Translations under genes and position numbers: made by a program
In this document: in pieces, positions 33,189-43,639 of the stretch
Layout of the letters: every line of letters starts with the position of its first letter
Numbering within the stretch: the first letter of the stretch is position 1
Notes under the pieces: generated by a model
What the model was told of the DNA's origin: nothing
Databases searched by the model: none
What the model saw: only the letters and a program-made list of their open reading frames with translations
Origin: Candidatus Micrarchaeia archaeon
GTDB lineage: Archaea; Micrarchaeota; Micrarchaeia; Burarchaeales; JACRGF01
DNA length: 64,000 nucleotides
Reading direction: 5' to 3'
Assembly (NCBI GenBank): GCA_038890815.1
Contig: JAWAFC010000001.1
Coordinates: 68,456-132,455, forward strand

Positions 33189-34187
33189 ATGAGCATGGGC
33201 ATGAAGATATATCACGACAAGGATGTTGATGTGAGGGTGCTGAGAGGCAGGACAATTGCGGTCATAGGCTACGGCATACAGGGGGCCGCCCAGGCACAAA
33301 ACCTACGCGATTCTGGAGAAAAAGTCATCGTGGGTGCGCGCCAAGGAGGACCGAGTTGGGAAAGGGCGAAAAAGGATGGTATGGAGGTAGCGAGCGTTGA
33401 GGAAGCTGCCCGGAGAGGCGACATCATTTTCATGCTCACCCCAGATATGACGCAGAAGGAGGTTTATGAGAGATTTGTGAAAAAGCATTTAGGTAAGGGA
33501 GATGTGTTATATTTCTCGCACGGGTTCAACATAACCTTCGGGAGGATAGTCCCGCCCAGCGATGTCGATGTCATAATGGTAGCGCCCAAGGGACCGGGCA
33601 AGAAAGTGAGGGAAACCTATCTGCAGGGATTCGGCACGCCCGCGCTGTTCGCAGTGCATCAGAATGCGAGCGGCAAGGCCAAAGAGATCGCGCTAGCACT
33701 CGCAAAGCAGATGGGCTTCACGAGAGCCGGCGTGTTCGAAGCAACTTTTGACCAGGAGACTTATTCAGACCTTTTCGGGGAACAGACTGTCCTGTGCGGT
33801 GGGCTGACCGAGCTCATTAAGGCAGGCTATGAGACGCTTGTGGAGGATGGTTTTCCCCCGGTTGTGGCTTATTTTGAGGTGTTGCACGAGATAAAGCTCA
33901 TTTCCGACCTAATCCACGAGGGCGGGTTAGAGTACATGTGGAGCCGCGTCAGCGAGACCGCGCGTTACGGCGGTCGGACAAGGGGCCCGCGCGTCATAGA
34001 TGCGCATGTCAGAGAAAACATGAAGCGGATCCTTGAGGAGATAAAGAGTGGGCAGTTTGCCAAAGAATGGATTGCCGAGTACGAAAGTGGCATGAAGGTA
34101 TTTGAGAAACTGAGGAGAGAGGGAAGCGCGCATCCCATTGAAAAAGTTGGTGCTGAAATCAGGAAAATGTTCGAGTTCAAACGCTAA
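33189..34187 (+). CDS. ilvC: Ketol-acid reductoisomerase
   Basis: It has the NADPH-binding [21 protein letters not shown] and the class I KARI C-terminal domain. The ORF tool start at 33171 overlaps the upstream gene. Confidence 0.9.
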   Translation: MSMGMKIYHDKDVDVRVLRGRTIAVIGYGIQGAAQAQNLRDSGEKVIVGARQGGPSWERAKKDGMEVASVEEAARRGDIIFMLTPDMTQKEVYERFVKKHLGKGDVLYFSHGFNITFGRIVPPSDVDVIMVAPKGPGKKVRETYLQGFGTPALFAVHQNASGKAKEIALALAKQMGFTRAGVFEATFDQETYSDLFGEQTVLCGGLTELIKAGYETLVEDGFPPVVAYFEVLHEIKLISDLIHEGGLEYMWSRVSETARYGGRTRGPRVIDAHVRENMKRILEEIKSGQFAKEWIAEYESGMKVFEKLRREGSAHPIEKVGAEIRKMFEFKR

Positions 34188-35349
34188 CATGTTGCTCAAT
34201 CCGGATGTTTTCCAGGTGCAACCGCCTGTAGATGGCGAGCGCTCGCCTGGCATGCTCCTCATGCTGTTCGGCCAGCACGGACTCAAGCGCGCGCCAGCGC
34301 GTGCGGTTGTTGGGATTTATCCACTTGGCAAATTCGGCAATGGCGTCCGCATCGTAGGCGATGTCCAGCTTATGGATAAACTGCCACGCCAGCTCATCCG
34401 ATAGCGTTGAAATTATCTTATTGGGATGTCCGGCAGGCAATGCATACTCGCGCGCCATCTCCATGAAATCGTCCGACATGCCGGGCATCGCCCTCAGCAG
34501 CACGCCGCGTGGCGTGGCATCAAATCGTTTGCCTGCCCTCGCCATCAGCTTATCCAGCACGTCTCCCGGGATTGCGTAAATTGCGTTTATAAGAGCTTTC
34601 ACAACATTGGGATCGAACTCCCGCCCAGCGAGCTCTATCATGTGCGCGATGACGTCCTCGGGAGTGAAGATGGTATTGCGGTAAAAGCGGTGGTGTACCA
34701 TGGCCGAAAAAGCGTCGGCAACTTTGAGTATCCTGCCTCCAAGCGGGATGCGCTCGCCCGAAAGGCCGGCCGGATAGCCTGCAAATTTTGACATCGTATC
34801 GCCATCAAACCGTTCGTGGTGCGCACTCACATTGCGGACAATGAGCTCTCGCTCAGGAACGCGGGTGGCGTTGATGATGGCGACCGAAAAATCAAGATGC
34901 TGCCTCAGCAGTTCTCTCTCCCACTCGGTAAGTCTTTTGGACCAAAGGGGCTTCCTTTCTTCCTTGCGAAGAATGCGGGTGGGTATCGGGAGCTTGCCCA
35001 CATCGTGAACAAAACCGGATACGAGCATGATGTCGGGCGCCAGCTCGTCCTCCGCGTGGCCCGCCCGTGCCATAGACAGCGTGATCGCAAGCGCGAGTTT
35101 TGCCACCTCCCTGCTGTGTGCCGGCTTGTGCAGCCACCGCTCACCAAGAGTGGTCTTTCGCATGAAATGCCCGCTCACCCAATCAACGAGCTCCTCGAGC
35201 GAAGTAAGCGAACGCGCTTCGGCCTCCAGAGCGGTGAGGGCGCGGCTGACACGGGCTTTTATCAGCCGCTTTCTCAGCGAGCCGTCAAAAAACCAGCGGG
35301 ACCAATTGGATGGTTGCTGCCGTGAGGAGAATCGTGCGTGCGCCAACAT
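34177..35349 (-). CDS. HD-GYP domain protein (metal-dependent phosphohydrolase)
   Basis: It has the HD motifs [11 protein letters not shown] and FVHDVGK. The HD-GYP signature is HHERFDGD-(TMSKFA)[27 protein letters not shown], where GYP is separated by a 6-aa insertion. Confidence 0.7.
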   Translation of the reverse strand: MLAHARFSSRQQPSNWSRWFFDGSLRKRLIKARVSRALTALEAEARSLTSLEELVDWVSGHFMRKTTLGERWLHKPAHSREVAKLALAITLSMARAGHAEDELAPDIMLVSGFVHDVGKLPIPTRILRKEERKPLWSKRLTEWERELLRQHLDFSVAIINATRVPERELIVRNVSAHHERFDGDTMSKFAGYPAGLSGERIPLGGRILKVADAFSAMVHHRFYRNTIFTPEDVIAHMIELAGREFDPNVVKALINAIYAIPGDVLDKLMARAGKRFDATPRGVLLRAMPGMSDDFMEMAREYALPAGHPNKIISTLSDELAWQFIHKLDIAYDADAIAEFAKWINPNNRTRWRALESVLAEQHEEHARRALAIYRRLHLENIRIEQHVSV

Positions 35350-35382
35350 TCAATTTTTTAAGGGTTCAAGGAATTTAAAATC

Positions 35383-36183
35383 ATGCACCATAGATACGGT
35401 ACCGTGCTGTGGCGCGGCAGGCCGTGCGCGTGCGTTTTTGGAGAAGACAGCATCAAGCTGCTCGGAGAGGGCTCGCTCAAGCAGTTCATTCAAGAAAACG
35501 CGCTGGAGAGGGCATTCCCCACGGCCGAGGTGGGATACAAGGAAGTCCGTTTTCTTCCCCCGATTCCCGACCCGCAGAAGATAATATGTGTGGGGTTGAA
35601 CTATGTGGACCATGCCGAAGAGCTGAAAAGGAAAAAACTGCTCACGAGCCTGCCGGATGAACCGGTGATCTTCCTGAAGCCTCCCTCTTCTCTCACAGGA
35701 CACGGGGGAAAAATCATTTGGCCGAAAGCCTCACGAAGGGTGGATTACGAGGGGGAGCTCGCCGTGGTGATAGGAAAAAGATGCAAGGGGATAAAGGCGA
35801 GCAAGGCAAAGCAATGTGTGCTCGGATATGCATGCTTCAACGATGTGACCGCGCGTGACATCCAGAAAAAAGATGTACAGTGGACAAGGGCAAAAAGCTT
35901 TGATACCTTCTCGCCTTTTGGCCCGTGGATAGCCACGGGGATAGATGCGAGCGATTTGCGCATTCAGACAATTCTCAACGGAAAGGTGGTGCAGGATTCG
36001 AGCACCGCAAACATGATTTTCTCTGTTCCGAAACTCATCGCATTCATTTCGAGCATCATGACGCTCGAGCCGGGCGATATAATTGCAACCGGAACTCCCG
36101 CTGGAGTAGGGCCTCTGAAAAAGGGGGATATGGTTAAGGTGAAGGTGTGGGGAGTTGGCGAGCTCGAAAACCGAGTAGCGTAG
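35383..36183 (+). CDS. Fumarylacetoacetate hydrolase (FAH) family protein
   Basis: It has KIICVGLNYVDHAEE, YEGELAVVIGK and the FAH C-terminal fold. Confidence 0.85.
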   Translation: MHHRYGTVLWRGRPCACVFGEDSIKLLGEGSLKQFIQENALERAFPTAEVGYKEVRFLPPIPDPQKIICVGLNYVDHAEELKRKKLLTSLPDEPVIFLKPPSSLTGHGGKIIWPKASRRVDYEGELAVVIGKRCKGIKASKAKQCVLGYACFNDVTARDIQKKDVQWTRAKSFDTFSPFGPWIATGIDASDLRIQTILNGKVVQDSSTANMIFSVPKLIAFISSIMTLEPGDIIATGTPAGVGPLKKGDMVKVKVWGVGELENRVA

Positions 36184-36225
36184 TTTAAAAACCATTAAAA
36201 GCCTGTCCCTGCAAAATTCACCTTC

Positions 36226-37389
36226 GTGGTTTCTGAAAGAGTTAGCAGAATGGAGAACCCGATCCGCGATGTCGTGGTGAGAGCAGAACAGCTCGAGAGA
36301 CAGGGAAAGAGAATATACTATTTGAACATTGGGGATCCTGCCAAGTTTGACTTCCAACCACCGAACTTCGTTCTGGAGGCGGCTTGTGCAGCGCTCAAGA
36401 CCCCGGGTCATTCCTGCTATTCAGCTTCGGAAGGAATATACGAGCTCAGGGAAGCTATCGGAAAGGAAGATGGCGTACCGCCCGAACATGTGATCATCAC
36501 CAATGGGGTGAGCGAGGGAATAAACTATTCCTTTGCATGTTTGATCGACCCTGGCGAGAACGTCCTGATGCCCTCGCCCACCTATGCGCCCTATCTGACC
36601 ATGAGTAGGTTCATGGGGGGAGTGGATAACTTCTACCACTGCGGGAAAGATTGGGTTCCTGACATCGATGAGGCGAGAAAGAAGATCAATGAAAAAACGA
36701 GGGCCATTTTGCTGGTGAATCCGAACAATCCAACAGGAACGATCTATCCGAGAAAAGTGGTGAAGCAGCTCGTTGATCTGGCGGGCGAACACAATCTTCC
36801 TGTGATTTCCGACGAAATTTACAGAGGAATGGAGTTTGAGGGGAAAGCAACAATGCCATGGGAGGTATCAGACGATGTGCCGGTCATCTCGCTCAATGGC
36901 TGGTCAAAAAGATACGCCTGCACCGGCTTCCGCATGGGCTACATCGCTTTTCACAACAATGCAGAAGATTTGAAAAATGGGGTACTCGGGCTATGCAGGA
37001 TGAGGCTATCGGCGAATCACCCATTCCAGTGGGCTATGCTTGAGATTTACAGGCAGCGCGCGCTGGCGCGGAGCTACAGGAAGAAGATGATGGCGAAGCT
37101 AAAGAGAAGAAGGGATTTTGCTTTTAAAAGAGTGAACGAAATACCTGGCCTCTCGCTGGTGAAGCCGGTGGCGGCATTCTATGCTTTCCCCAAAATTGAG
37201 GATGGGAGGTGGAAATCGGATAAGGAATTCGTCTATAAATTGCTTGAGGAAACTGGTGTGCTCACGGTATTCGGTAGCGGATTCTCATCCTTGCTGGAGC
37301 ATCTGCACTTTAGGTTTGTCTTCCTCCCTCCTTTAGAGGAGCTTGAAGCTGCCTTTGACAGACTTGAGGAATTCATGAGAAAAAGCTGA
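36226..37389 (+). CDS. PLP-dependent aminotransferase, class I (aspartate/alanine aminotransferase-like)
   Basis: It has NPNNPTG and the PLP-lysine motif SLNGWSKRYACTGFRMGY. Confidence 0.85.
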   Translation: MVSERVSRMENPIRDVVVRAEQLERQGKRIYYLNIGDPAKFDFQPPNFVLEAACAALKTPGHSCYSASEGIYELREAIGKEDGVPPEHVIITNGVSEGINYSFACLIDPGENVLMPSPTYAPYLTMSRFMGGVDNFYHCGKDWVPDIDEARKKINEKTRAILLVNPNNPTGTIYPRKVVKQLVDLAGEHNLPVISDEIYRGMEFEGKATMPWEVSDDVPVISLNGWSKRYACTGFRMGYIAFHNNAEDLKNGVLGLCRMRLSANHPFQWAMLEIYRQRALARSYRKKMMAKLKRRRDFAFKRVNEIPGLSLVKPVAAFYAFPKIEDGRWKSDKEFVYKLLEETGVLTVFGSGFSSLLEHLHFRFVFLPPLEELEAAFDRLEEFMRKS

Positions 37390-37566
37390 AAGGCAGGGCT
37401 TTGTCCACCGTGCTCCAGTCAGACGCAGCAGCGCGCACTCTGTCCGCGTCCACTCCTACACGCCTACGCTCCTATTGTTTTCGTTAGCGTGCTCAAGCAC
37501 GGCTTCGGATTGTGGAAGCCCTGCAGCAAGCTAGGAGGAGAAGGTTATATATAAATGTTTCGATGC

Positions 37567-37863
37567 CTAGCCGAACAGGCTGGCAAGGCCTGCTGCAGCC
37601 TCCTCCTCGCTTTTCTTTTCCTCTTTCTTCGCTTCCTCCTTTTTGGGCGTCTGAGCCGGTGCTGGAGCTGGCGCGGCCGCAACGGGAAAGGCTGCCTGTT
37701 TTATGGCCTCATCTATGTTTATTCCCTGGAGGGAGGCGACAAGCGCCTTCGCCTTTGCGACATCCGGCTCCACTCCGGCAGCCTGCAGAACCTGCAGAAG
37801 GCTCTGCTCGGTTATTTCCTTTTTCGCTGCATGGAGCAGCAGCGCTGCGTGGATGTATTCCAT
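37567..37863 (-). CDS. rpl12: 50S ribosomal protein L12 (P1 stalk protein)
   Basis: It starts [19 protein letters not shown]..., ends in an Ala/Pro hinge and the acidic tail [18 protein letters not shown], and has GGAGGT 8 nt upstream of the ATG. The ORF tool start at 38001 is overextended. Confidence 0.85.
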   Translation of the reverse strand: MEYIHAALLLHAAKKEITEQSLLQVLQAAGVEPDVAKAKALVASLQGINIDEAIKQAAFPVAAAPAPAPAQTPKKEEAKKEEKKSEEEAAAGLASLFG

Positions 37864-37882
37864 AGTTTCGACCTCCTGAACT

Positions 37883-38743
37883 TTATTGGCTCGCCTGGGC
37901 AGCAAGCTTGCTCTCAAGGGAGCTAGCTTCGGCAATGCCTTGGGCGAGCAGGAATGGGATGATATCTTGCTCAAAAATTTTCGCCTTAATACCCACAGCA
38001 CGCGACTCGCACACGGCCTTTGCGATGAGAGCCCTGATGTTCTCCTTTGTGGGATAACAGATTTTCATCGATAAATTGAACGCGGCTGAGTAAGCTGCGG
38101 ACAGGTCGGCAAAGAACTTCTTCTCGTCAATGTCGAGCACGGACTCGCGATAGAGGATGCCTTCCCAGATTGCGGGAATCTTGAGTCCTACCTCGAATGG
38201 TTCAATGCCGAGCTTCTGCAATGCCTTGGCCACGACAGGGGAAATCTTTGAGCCTGCCTTTGCCACAACGCTGTCCTTGCCTATGACGACTTTGCCTCCG
38301 ACAATGCGCGCATCGATGCCAGCCGCCTTGAGCTCTGAGAGCACCGGACCTGGAGGGAGGGTGGTCTCGCCCGCCGGAACCACAATATCGAATGGGGCCA
38401 GCTGGTTAGGTTTGGCGGCTGCCTTTCCTTTGTTTTTCTTCACAAAACTGTAGAGCGCGAACGGGTCCATTTCGGTGAGGAAAAGTGCGGTTGGCCCATT
38501 CATTTCCTGGCAAAGCTCAACCGCCTTTCCGGCAGAATGAAGCGCGCGTTTGATTAGGCTATTTTTGGCCACTATGAACTTCACTTTGCCACGTAGCTTT
38601 CTCCGCACCGACTGAAATTGGCGATCTGGAACTCCGCGCAGAGCCACTATGCCTATGCATTTGGCTTTCTTTATTTCCTCGGTTAGGAGAGCGACCGTAC
38701 TTTCCTTTGCCTTCCTTTTTTCTCCTTTTTTTGGCTTTTTCAT
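37883..38743 (-). CDS. rplP0: 50S ribosomal protein L10 (acidic ribosomal protein P0 homolog)
   Basis: The 286-aa ORF has an L10/P0 N-terminal domain. It sits in the conserved L11-L1-L10-L12 order. Confidence 0.9.
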   Translation of the reverse strand: MKKPKKGEKRKAKESTVALLTEEIKKAKCIGIVALRGVPDRQFQSVRRKLRGKVKFIVAKNSLIKRALHSAGKAVELCQEMNGPTALFLTEMDPFALYSFVKKNKGKAAAKPNQLAPFDIVVPAGETTLPPGPVLSELKAAGIDARIVGGKVVIGKDSVVAKAGSKISPVVAKALQKLGIEPFEVGLKIPAIWEGILYRESVLDIDEKKFFADLSAAYSAAFNLSMKICYPTKENIRALIAKAVCESRAVGIKAKIFEQDIIPFLLAQGIAEASSLESKLAAQASQ

Positions 38744-38752
38744 CTGCGCACC

Positions 38753-39394
38753 TCACGATATTCTGGCTGGCTTTCCCATTGTAAGCTTGACAAACGCGCT
38801 TGCGATGTTTTCTCCTCCGAGCTTGGTCTTTACCGCCTCGATGACGGCCTCAATGTTCTCGGCGAGTTGCTCTGCGGGCATGTTTTCGTTCCCGACAAGA
38901 CACTGCACTGTGGGGAGGTTTTTGCCCTTTGTCCTCACCTTTACTGTTCGCCTGGCTTTCTCCATGAGTTCGCTGAGCTTGTCTCCGATGATTGGCTTGG
39001 GCAACTTGTCTTTTGGCCCCATAGCCTGGCCAAGCGACTTTCCGATCTGCATCATCAACTGCGGGGCTGCGAGGAACTCGTACTCCCGCATGAGCTGCTT
39101 GAGCTTAGGTCTGTCGGTTGCAAGCTTCTGAATGTCCGCGCCTTCCAGCACGAGGTCGGCTCCGCTCTTTTTTGCATCGAGCGCGAGTTGGCCGTCCGCG
39201 AAAACAGCTATTTTTGGAACCTTGCCCTTGCCATTGGGGAGTACGACTTCTAGGTTGAGGCGCTTTTCTGGCTTGCTGAAATCCACTCCTTTGAAGTTGA
39301 GGATGAGCTCAACGCTCTGTGTGAATTTGCGCTTGCCCTTGTCCGCGAGGGCTTCGCCGAGTGCACGGATGATTTGCTCTCTTGAGATTGCCAT
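38753..39394 (-). CDS. rpl1: 50S ribosomal protein L1
   Basis: The 213-aa ORF has a typical L1 sequence (LNFKGVDFSKPEKRLNLEVVLPNGKGK). Confidence 0.9.
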   Translation of the reverse strand: MAISREQIIRALGEALADKGKRKFTQSVELILNFKGVDFSKPEKRLNLEVVLPNGKGKVPKIAVFADGQLALDAKKSGADLVLEGADIQKLATDRPKLKQLMREYEFLAAPQLMMQIGKSLGQAMGPKDKLPKPIIGDKLSELMEKARRTVKVRTKGKNLPTVQCLVGNENMPAEQLAENIEAVIEAVKTKLGGENIASAFVKLTMGKPARIS

Positions 39395-39472
39395 GCTCTC
39401 CCCCTCCCAAGCCCGTGGGCGGGTTTGGTGCTTGCGGGAGAAACAGCAAGGTTGTTGTAGCGATAAATTAAT

Positions 39473-39682
39473 TTAAATCTTTCCGCTTATCTCGCGAAGG
39501 ATCTCTTGGTAGGTAGATTCTGCCGTCCTGCCTACCCCAAACTCTGTTTTCCTGAACCGCCCCAGGTATTTCACGCGCAACAGCTCGCGCTCGTACTCCC
39601 GATCAATTTTTTCTAAGTCTCTTGCGAGGATTTTGGCGCGCGTTTCGGTCAGCCTCTCCTTCAGGAAAGATACTCCGACCAT
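39473..39682 (-). CDS. Small hypothetical protein (69 aa)
   Basis: This ORF lies between the PQQ gene and rpl1 and has a charged helical sequence. Support is weak. Confidence 0.3.
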   Translation of the reverse strand: MVGVSFLKERLTETRAKILARDLEKIDREYERELLRVKYLGRFRKTEFGVGRTAESTYQEILREISGKI

Positions 39683-39718
39683 CAGACCACCATTGAGAAT
39701 TGAGCGCGTTATTCTTTC

Positions 39719-41341
39719 CTACCTCCGCCTGAAGATATAAGCCGCGACCAGCAGGGCGAGCGCTACGCTCCCGCCAATGTAGAGCCAGCCGAGGTCGCGC
39801 GAGGCTGTGATGGTGAAGGTTTCGCTTGCATAGCCCGTGCGCGTGACCGTGACTTTCAGCTGGCCCTCATATGGTGCGGTGAATTCTTTGCTGCCGTTGA
39901 TGCCCGTGAAGGTTAGGTCGTTGATAGTTATTGTAACTTGGTCGAGCGGCTTCCCTCTCTCATCTCTGATCGTGATCGCGAAGGGCTGCCCGAGCTTCAC
40001 CTCTGGCGGGTAGGTGACCACCATCCGCGGAGGGGTGTTGCTGCGCGAGAGGAGAAGCCTGGTGTATGGGGGAGGCTCTTCCGCGCGGGCGATGTCGATC
40101 GCGCGGCAGTAGACAGTGAAGTTTCCGAGCGGGAGCGCTGAGGCGTAAAGAGGAAAGCTCCACTCCGATGTGCCACGGGCGGTCTGCCACGCGCCCGTCT
40201 CACCCACACGTACTTGCACGGCGAGCACGCCCGAGTCGGACAGCGACATGCCGGTGATGTTGATCACGGGCTCGAACACAACCGTGCCGCTGTCAGGCGA
40301 GGTGAACGAGCATGATAGGGAGGAAAGGCCGTAAACCTTTCCATCGTAGGAACCGACATAAACGTAGTTGCCGTGCACGACGGGCGCGCTCTGCACCCAG
40401 TCGCCAATCTCAAAAGACCACCGCAGCGAGCCGTTTTTGGCGCTGAGCGCATATACGCGACCATCGTTAGAGCCGAAATAGACCGTTTCGCCCGTTCCGC
40501 TCACGCTTCCCTGAACGGCCTCGCCGGTATCGAACTTCCATAGGAGCTTGCCGGAAAGAGGCTCAAGCGCGTAGAGGCTACCATCGTTTGAGCCCACATA
40601 AAGAATGCCATCTATGATGCGAGGGGAGGAGAGCACCCAGCCGCCTGTCTGGAAAACCCAGACATTCGCGCCCGTCTCGGCATTAACCGCGTAGACATTG
40701 CCATTTGGCGCGCCGAAGAAAATGAGGTCGCCAAATCCGAATGGAGAGGAACGCCATAGCGCTACCGGCACACCAAAAGTCCACAACTTCTCCCCCGTCG
40801 TGGCATTCAGCGCGTATAGGAATCTGTCGCCCGAGGCCACGAACAGCTTTCCGCCCAGCACTGCCAGGCGGCTTTCGATTGGGCCCGCCGTGGCATAGCT
40901 CCATATCAGCTGCCCCCTATCCGCGCTCACAGCGTACACCGTGCCGTTCGCATCGCCGAAGTAGATATTGCCGAAGCCCACAGAGGGCGAGGAGAGTATG
41001 GGCGCTTTGGCAGAAAACTTCCATGCAACCTGGCCCGATGCCGGGTCGAGCGCATAGAGGTTTTTGTCCGCCGAACCGAACACCACAAGGCCGTTGATGA
41101 AGATTGGGTCGCCGAGGATTGGGCCGCCCGTTTCAAACTTCCACTTCTCAAAGCCTCTGATGGGGTCGAGCGCATACATGAAGCCATCGCTGGAGCCGAC
41201 AAAGAGCGTTTCTGCCTCAAGCAGCGGAGTGCCCGCCACATAGCCCCTTGTGGCATAGCTCCATTTTATTCCGGCAGAAAAGACAGTCGCTGGGAAAAGC
41301 GCGAGCAACACAAGAATTTCCAACATGCGCGCCATGCTCAT
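39719..41341 (-). CDS. PQQ-like beta-propeller repeat protein with an N-terminal signal peptide and a C-terminal TM anchor
   Basis: It shows repeated ...YALD/YAL.P.TG...W.F blades. The C-terminal hydrophobic helix is LALLVAAYIF, followed by RRR. The start is probably the internal ATG (MSMARMLEILVLLALF) rather than 41371, which overlaps rpl11. Confidence 0.75.
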   Translation of the reverse strand: MSMARMLEILVLLALFPATVFSAGIKWSYATRGYVAGTPLLEAETLFVGSSDGFMYALDPIRGFEKWKFETGGPILGDPIFINGLVVFGSADKNLYALDPASGQVAWKFSAKAPILSSPSVGFGNIYFGDANGTVYAVSADRGQLIWSYATAGPIESRLAVLGGKLFVASGDRFLYALNATTGEKLWTFGVPVALWRSSPFGFGDLIFFGAPNGNVYAVNAETGANVWVFQTGGWVLSSPRIIDGILYVGSNDGSLYALEPLSGKLLWKFDTGEAVQGSVSGTGETVYFGSNDGRVYALSAKNGSLRWSFEIGDWVQSAPVVHGNYVYVGSYDGKVYGLSSLSCSFTSPDSGTVVFEPVINITGMSLSDSGVLAVQVRVGETGAWQTARGTSEWSFPLYASALPLGNFTVYCRAIDIARAEEPPPYTRLLLSRSNTPPRMVVTYPPEVKLGQPFAITIRDERGKPLDQVTITINDLTFTGINGSKEFTAPYEGQLKVTVTRTGYASETFTITASRDLGWLYIGGSVALALLVAAYIFRRR

Positions 41342-41345
41342 CGCT

Positions 41346-41813
41346 TCAGGATAGCTTGTGCTTTCCCTCATCGATTTCCCTGATCACTTCTCTGGCATCC
41401 TTGCCCTCGCAGCTCACGCCCATGCTGAGGCAGGTGCCCAAAACCTCCTTCACTGCGCGCGTGATGTCCTTCGACAGGCTTGAAGAACTTTTTATTTTGG
41501 CGATTTTCACCACTTGTGCAAGCGTGAGATTGCCGATTTTTTCTCCCTTGGTCTTGGCGCCCTTTTCTACCCCTAACTCTTTCTTGATGAGCGCGCTTGT
41601 GGGGGGCATGCCCACCTCTATTTCGAAAGATTTGGTCTCCTTATCCACAATGACTTTGACGGGGATGGATAGGCCGGCAAACTCTTTGGTCTTCTCATTG
41701 ATGGCAGCTATGACAGCTGGGATGTTCACACCCAGCGGTCCGAGTGATGGCCCAAGGGGCGGGCCGGCGCTAGCTTTCCCTCCCTCAACAAGTGCCTGGA
41801 TTGTGACTTTCAT
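41346..41813 (-). CDS. rpl11: 50S ribosomal protein L11
   Basis: The 155-aa ORF reads PPLGPSLGPLGVNIPAVIAAINEKT. Confidence 0.9.
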   Translation of the reverse strand: MKVTIQALVEGGKASAGPPLGPSLGPLGVNIPAVIAAINEKTKEFAGLSIPVKVIVDKETKSFEIEVGMPPTSALIKKELGVEKGAKTKGEKIGNLTLAQVVKIAKIKSSSSLSKDITRAVKEVLGTCLSMGVSCEGKDAREVIREIDEGKHKLS

Positions 41814-41822
41814 GCCATCCCC

Positions 41823-42275
41823 TCACTCCTCGGCCTTCCTATAGAGCCTGATGGTGTTCATCTTTATCGTGACTGGAATCGGGACCGCTACCTCAGTCAG
41901 CTCCACGGTCACCTCTTCCTTGCTCTCATCAATCTTGATTATTTTTGCCTTCTCGCCCTTGAACGGGCCGGCCACCAGCTCCACCACATCACCTTTGTGG
42001 AAGGCGGGTGGCGCCTGCTTGGCTTCGATGAGCGCGTCTATCTCCTGCGTGCCCATGGTCTTGCGCAACACGCCCTTTATGTGGGGTATGCGCATGGCTG
42101 CCTGCCTAACTGCGATCTCGTCATCTGCCTCGAGCATGATGTATCCCCGAAGCTCGTCGATGACGGCCAGCGCGTATATGGGGATTTTTTCCTTCTGTAT
42201 TTTGTTGTAGAGCACATCTGCGACGACCTTCTCTTGCCCGGCCGTCAGCCTATAGACAAACAACATCTTTCTCAC
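41823..42275 (-). CDS. spt5: Transcription elongation factor Spt5 (NusG homolog) with a KOW domain
   Basis: The 150-aa ORF has NGN and KOW regions (FHKGDVVELVAGPFKGEKAKII). Confidence 0.9.
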   Translation of the reverse strand: MRKMLFVYRLTAGQEKVVADVLYNKIQKEKIPIYALAVIDELRGYIMLEADDEIAVRQAAMRIPHIKGVLRKTMGTQEIDALIEAKQAPPAFHKGDVVELVAGPFKGEKAKIIKIDESKEEVTVELTEVAVPIPVTIKMNTIRLYRKAEE

Positions 42276-42276
42276 C

Positions 42277-42471
42277 TTATATGTAGCTGAATATGAGTGT
42301 TATGGCGAACCCAACGGCACCGATGAGCACCATGCCGAGGGCGGTTGTCTTGGCCATACTCCAGAACTCCCGCTCGGTAGGGCGGTAGCTCACGCGCAAC
42401 ACGCGCATTGAGCGCTGGTAGAACGATTCCAGCTCACCCACTATTTTTGGCATGAGTTCTGTGATGTTCAA
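42277..42471 (-). CDS. secE: Protein translocase subunit SecE (Sec61 gamma)
   Basis: The 64-aa ORF has a single C-terminal TM helix. It sits at the conserved position upstream of spt5. Confidence 0.8.
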   Translation of the reverse strand: MNITELMPKIVGELESFYQRSMRVLRVSYRPTEREFWSMAKTTALGMVLIGAVGFAITLIFSYI

Positions 42472-42480
42472 CGGAGCACC

Positions 42481-43560
42481 TCAGATGTTATCCAGATCAA
42501 GCTCAAGCCCAGCCCCGAAGCCCTCCTCTTCCTTCTCATATTGTGGGAGGGAGGCGCCCGCAATGACGGCGAGCACGCGCAGTGTGTTCCGCGGTAGGTC
42601 CTTCTCTATGCGCGCACCCCAGATGATGTGGGAGGAAGGATGAATGCGCCGGCTCACTTCACTGACCATGAGCTCGGCCTCGCGCAATGTCATGTCCTCA
42701 CCGCCCACGACATTTATGAGCGCGCGGTTGGCATTGCTGATGTCAACATCGAGCAGCGGCGAGTGCAGCGCGGTCTCTATCGCCACAAGCGCGCGCTGCT
42801 CGGGCTTGGCATCCAGCGAGCTCTCGCCCATGCCGATGACTGCACAGCCCGCGCCCTGCAGGATGGTCTTGAGGTCGGCGAAATCGAGATTCACGAGGCC
42901 CGCACGCGTGACGAGCTCGGCGATGCCCTTAACAGAAGCTGACAGCACCTCATCGCACACTTTAAAGGCCGTGTTCAGCGGAAGGTCCGGCACGACAGTC
43001 AGCAACTTGTCGTTGGGGATGACGATGGTCGTGTCGGCATGCTTGCGCAGCTTGGCAAGCCCCTCAAGCGCATTCATCCTTCTTGTGTGCCCCTCGCTTC
43101 TGAAGGGGAGCGTCACGACGGCCACGCACAGCGCGCCCGCGCTCTTGGCGACCTCGGCCACGACATGCGCGCCCCCCGTGCCAGTGCCACCTCCAAGCCC
43201 GCATGTCACGAATACCAGCGAGGCGCCCTCGAGGGCATTTCTTATCTCCTCCACGCTTTCTTTAGCGGCCGCCTCACCGACTTGGGGATTGCTGCCCGCA
43301 CCCAGCCCGCGCGTGAGGTTTTTTCCGAGCAGGATTTTCTTGTTGGCGCGCACTCTCAGAAGATGCTGCACGTCGGTGTTCATGGCTATGAGCGTAGCCC
43401 CATGCACGCCGAGCTCTGCCATGCGGTTCAGGGTGTTGCAGCCGGAGCCTCCTATGCCGGCCACCAAAATCTTTGGGCGGGAGGCCTCAAAGAACTTGAG
43501 CAGCTCGGCATCATCCGCGCTTGTGAGCACCTCTCTCGGCTCGGGTAGGTTATCAACCAC
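42481..43560 (-). CDS. ftsZ: Cell division GTPase FtsZ (third homolog). The probable start is GTG at 43560 (alternative TTG at 43587). The ORF tool start at 43938 overlaps the divergent gene.
   Basis: It has GIGGSGCN and GGGTGTGGAHV. A-T-rich TATA-like elements lie in the 43561-43639 spacer. Confidence 0.85.
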   Translation of the reverse strand: MVDNLPEPREVLTSADDAELLKFFEASRPKILVAGIGGSGCNTLNRMAELGVHGATLIAMNTDVQHLLRVRANKKILLGKNLTRGLGAGSNPQVGEAAAKESVEEIRNALEGASLVFVTCGLGGGTGTGGAHVVAEVAKSAGALCVAVVTLPFRSEGHTRRMNALEGLAKLRKHADTTIVIPNDKLLTVVPDLPLNTAFKVCDEVLSASVKGIAELVTRAGLVNLDFADLKTILQGAGCAVIGMGESSLDAKPEQRALVAIETALHSPLLDVDISNANRALINVVGGEDMTLREAELMVSEVSRRIHPSSHIIWGARIEKDLPRNTLRVLAVIAGASLPQYEKEEEGFGAGLELDLDNI

Positions 43561-43639
43561 GTCAAGACACCTCTGTTTATTTAGCAAAGAGAGCTTTAAA
43601 ACGTTATAGCAGATATTTAAACGCGCCCCATAGCGCCCG

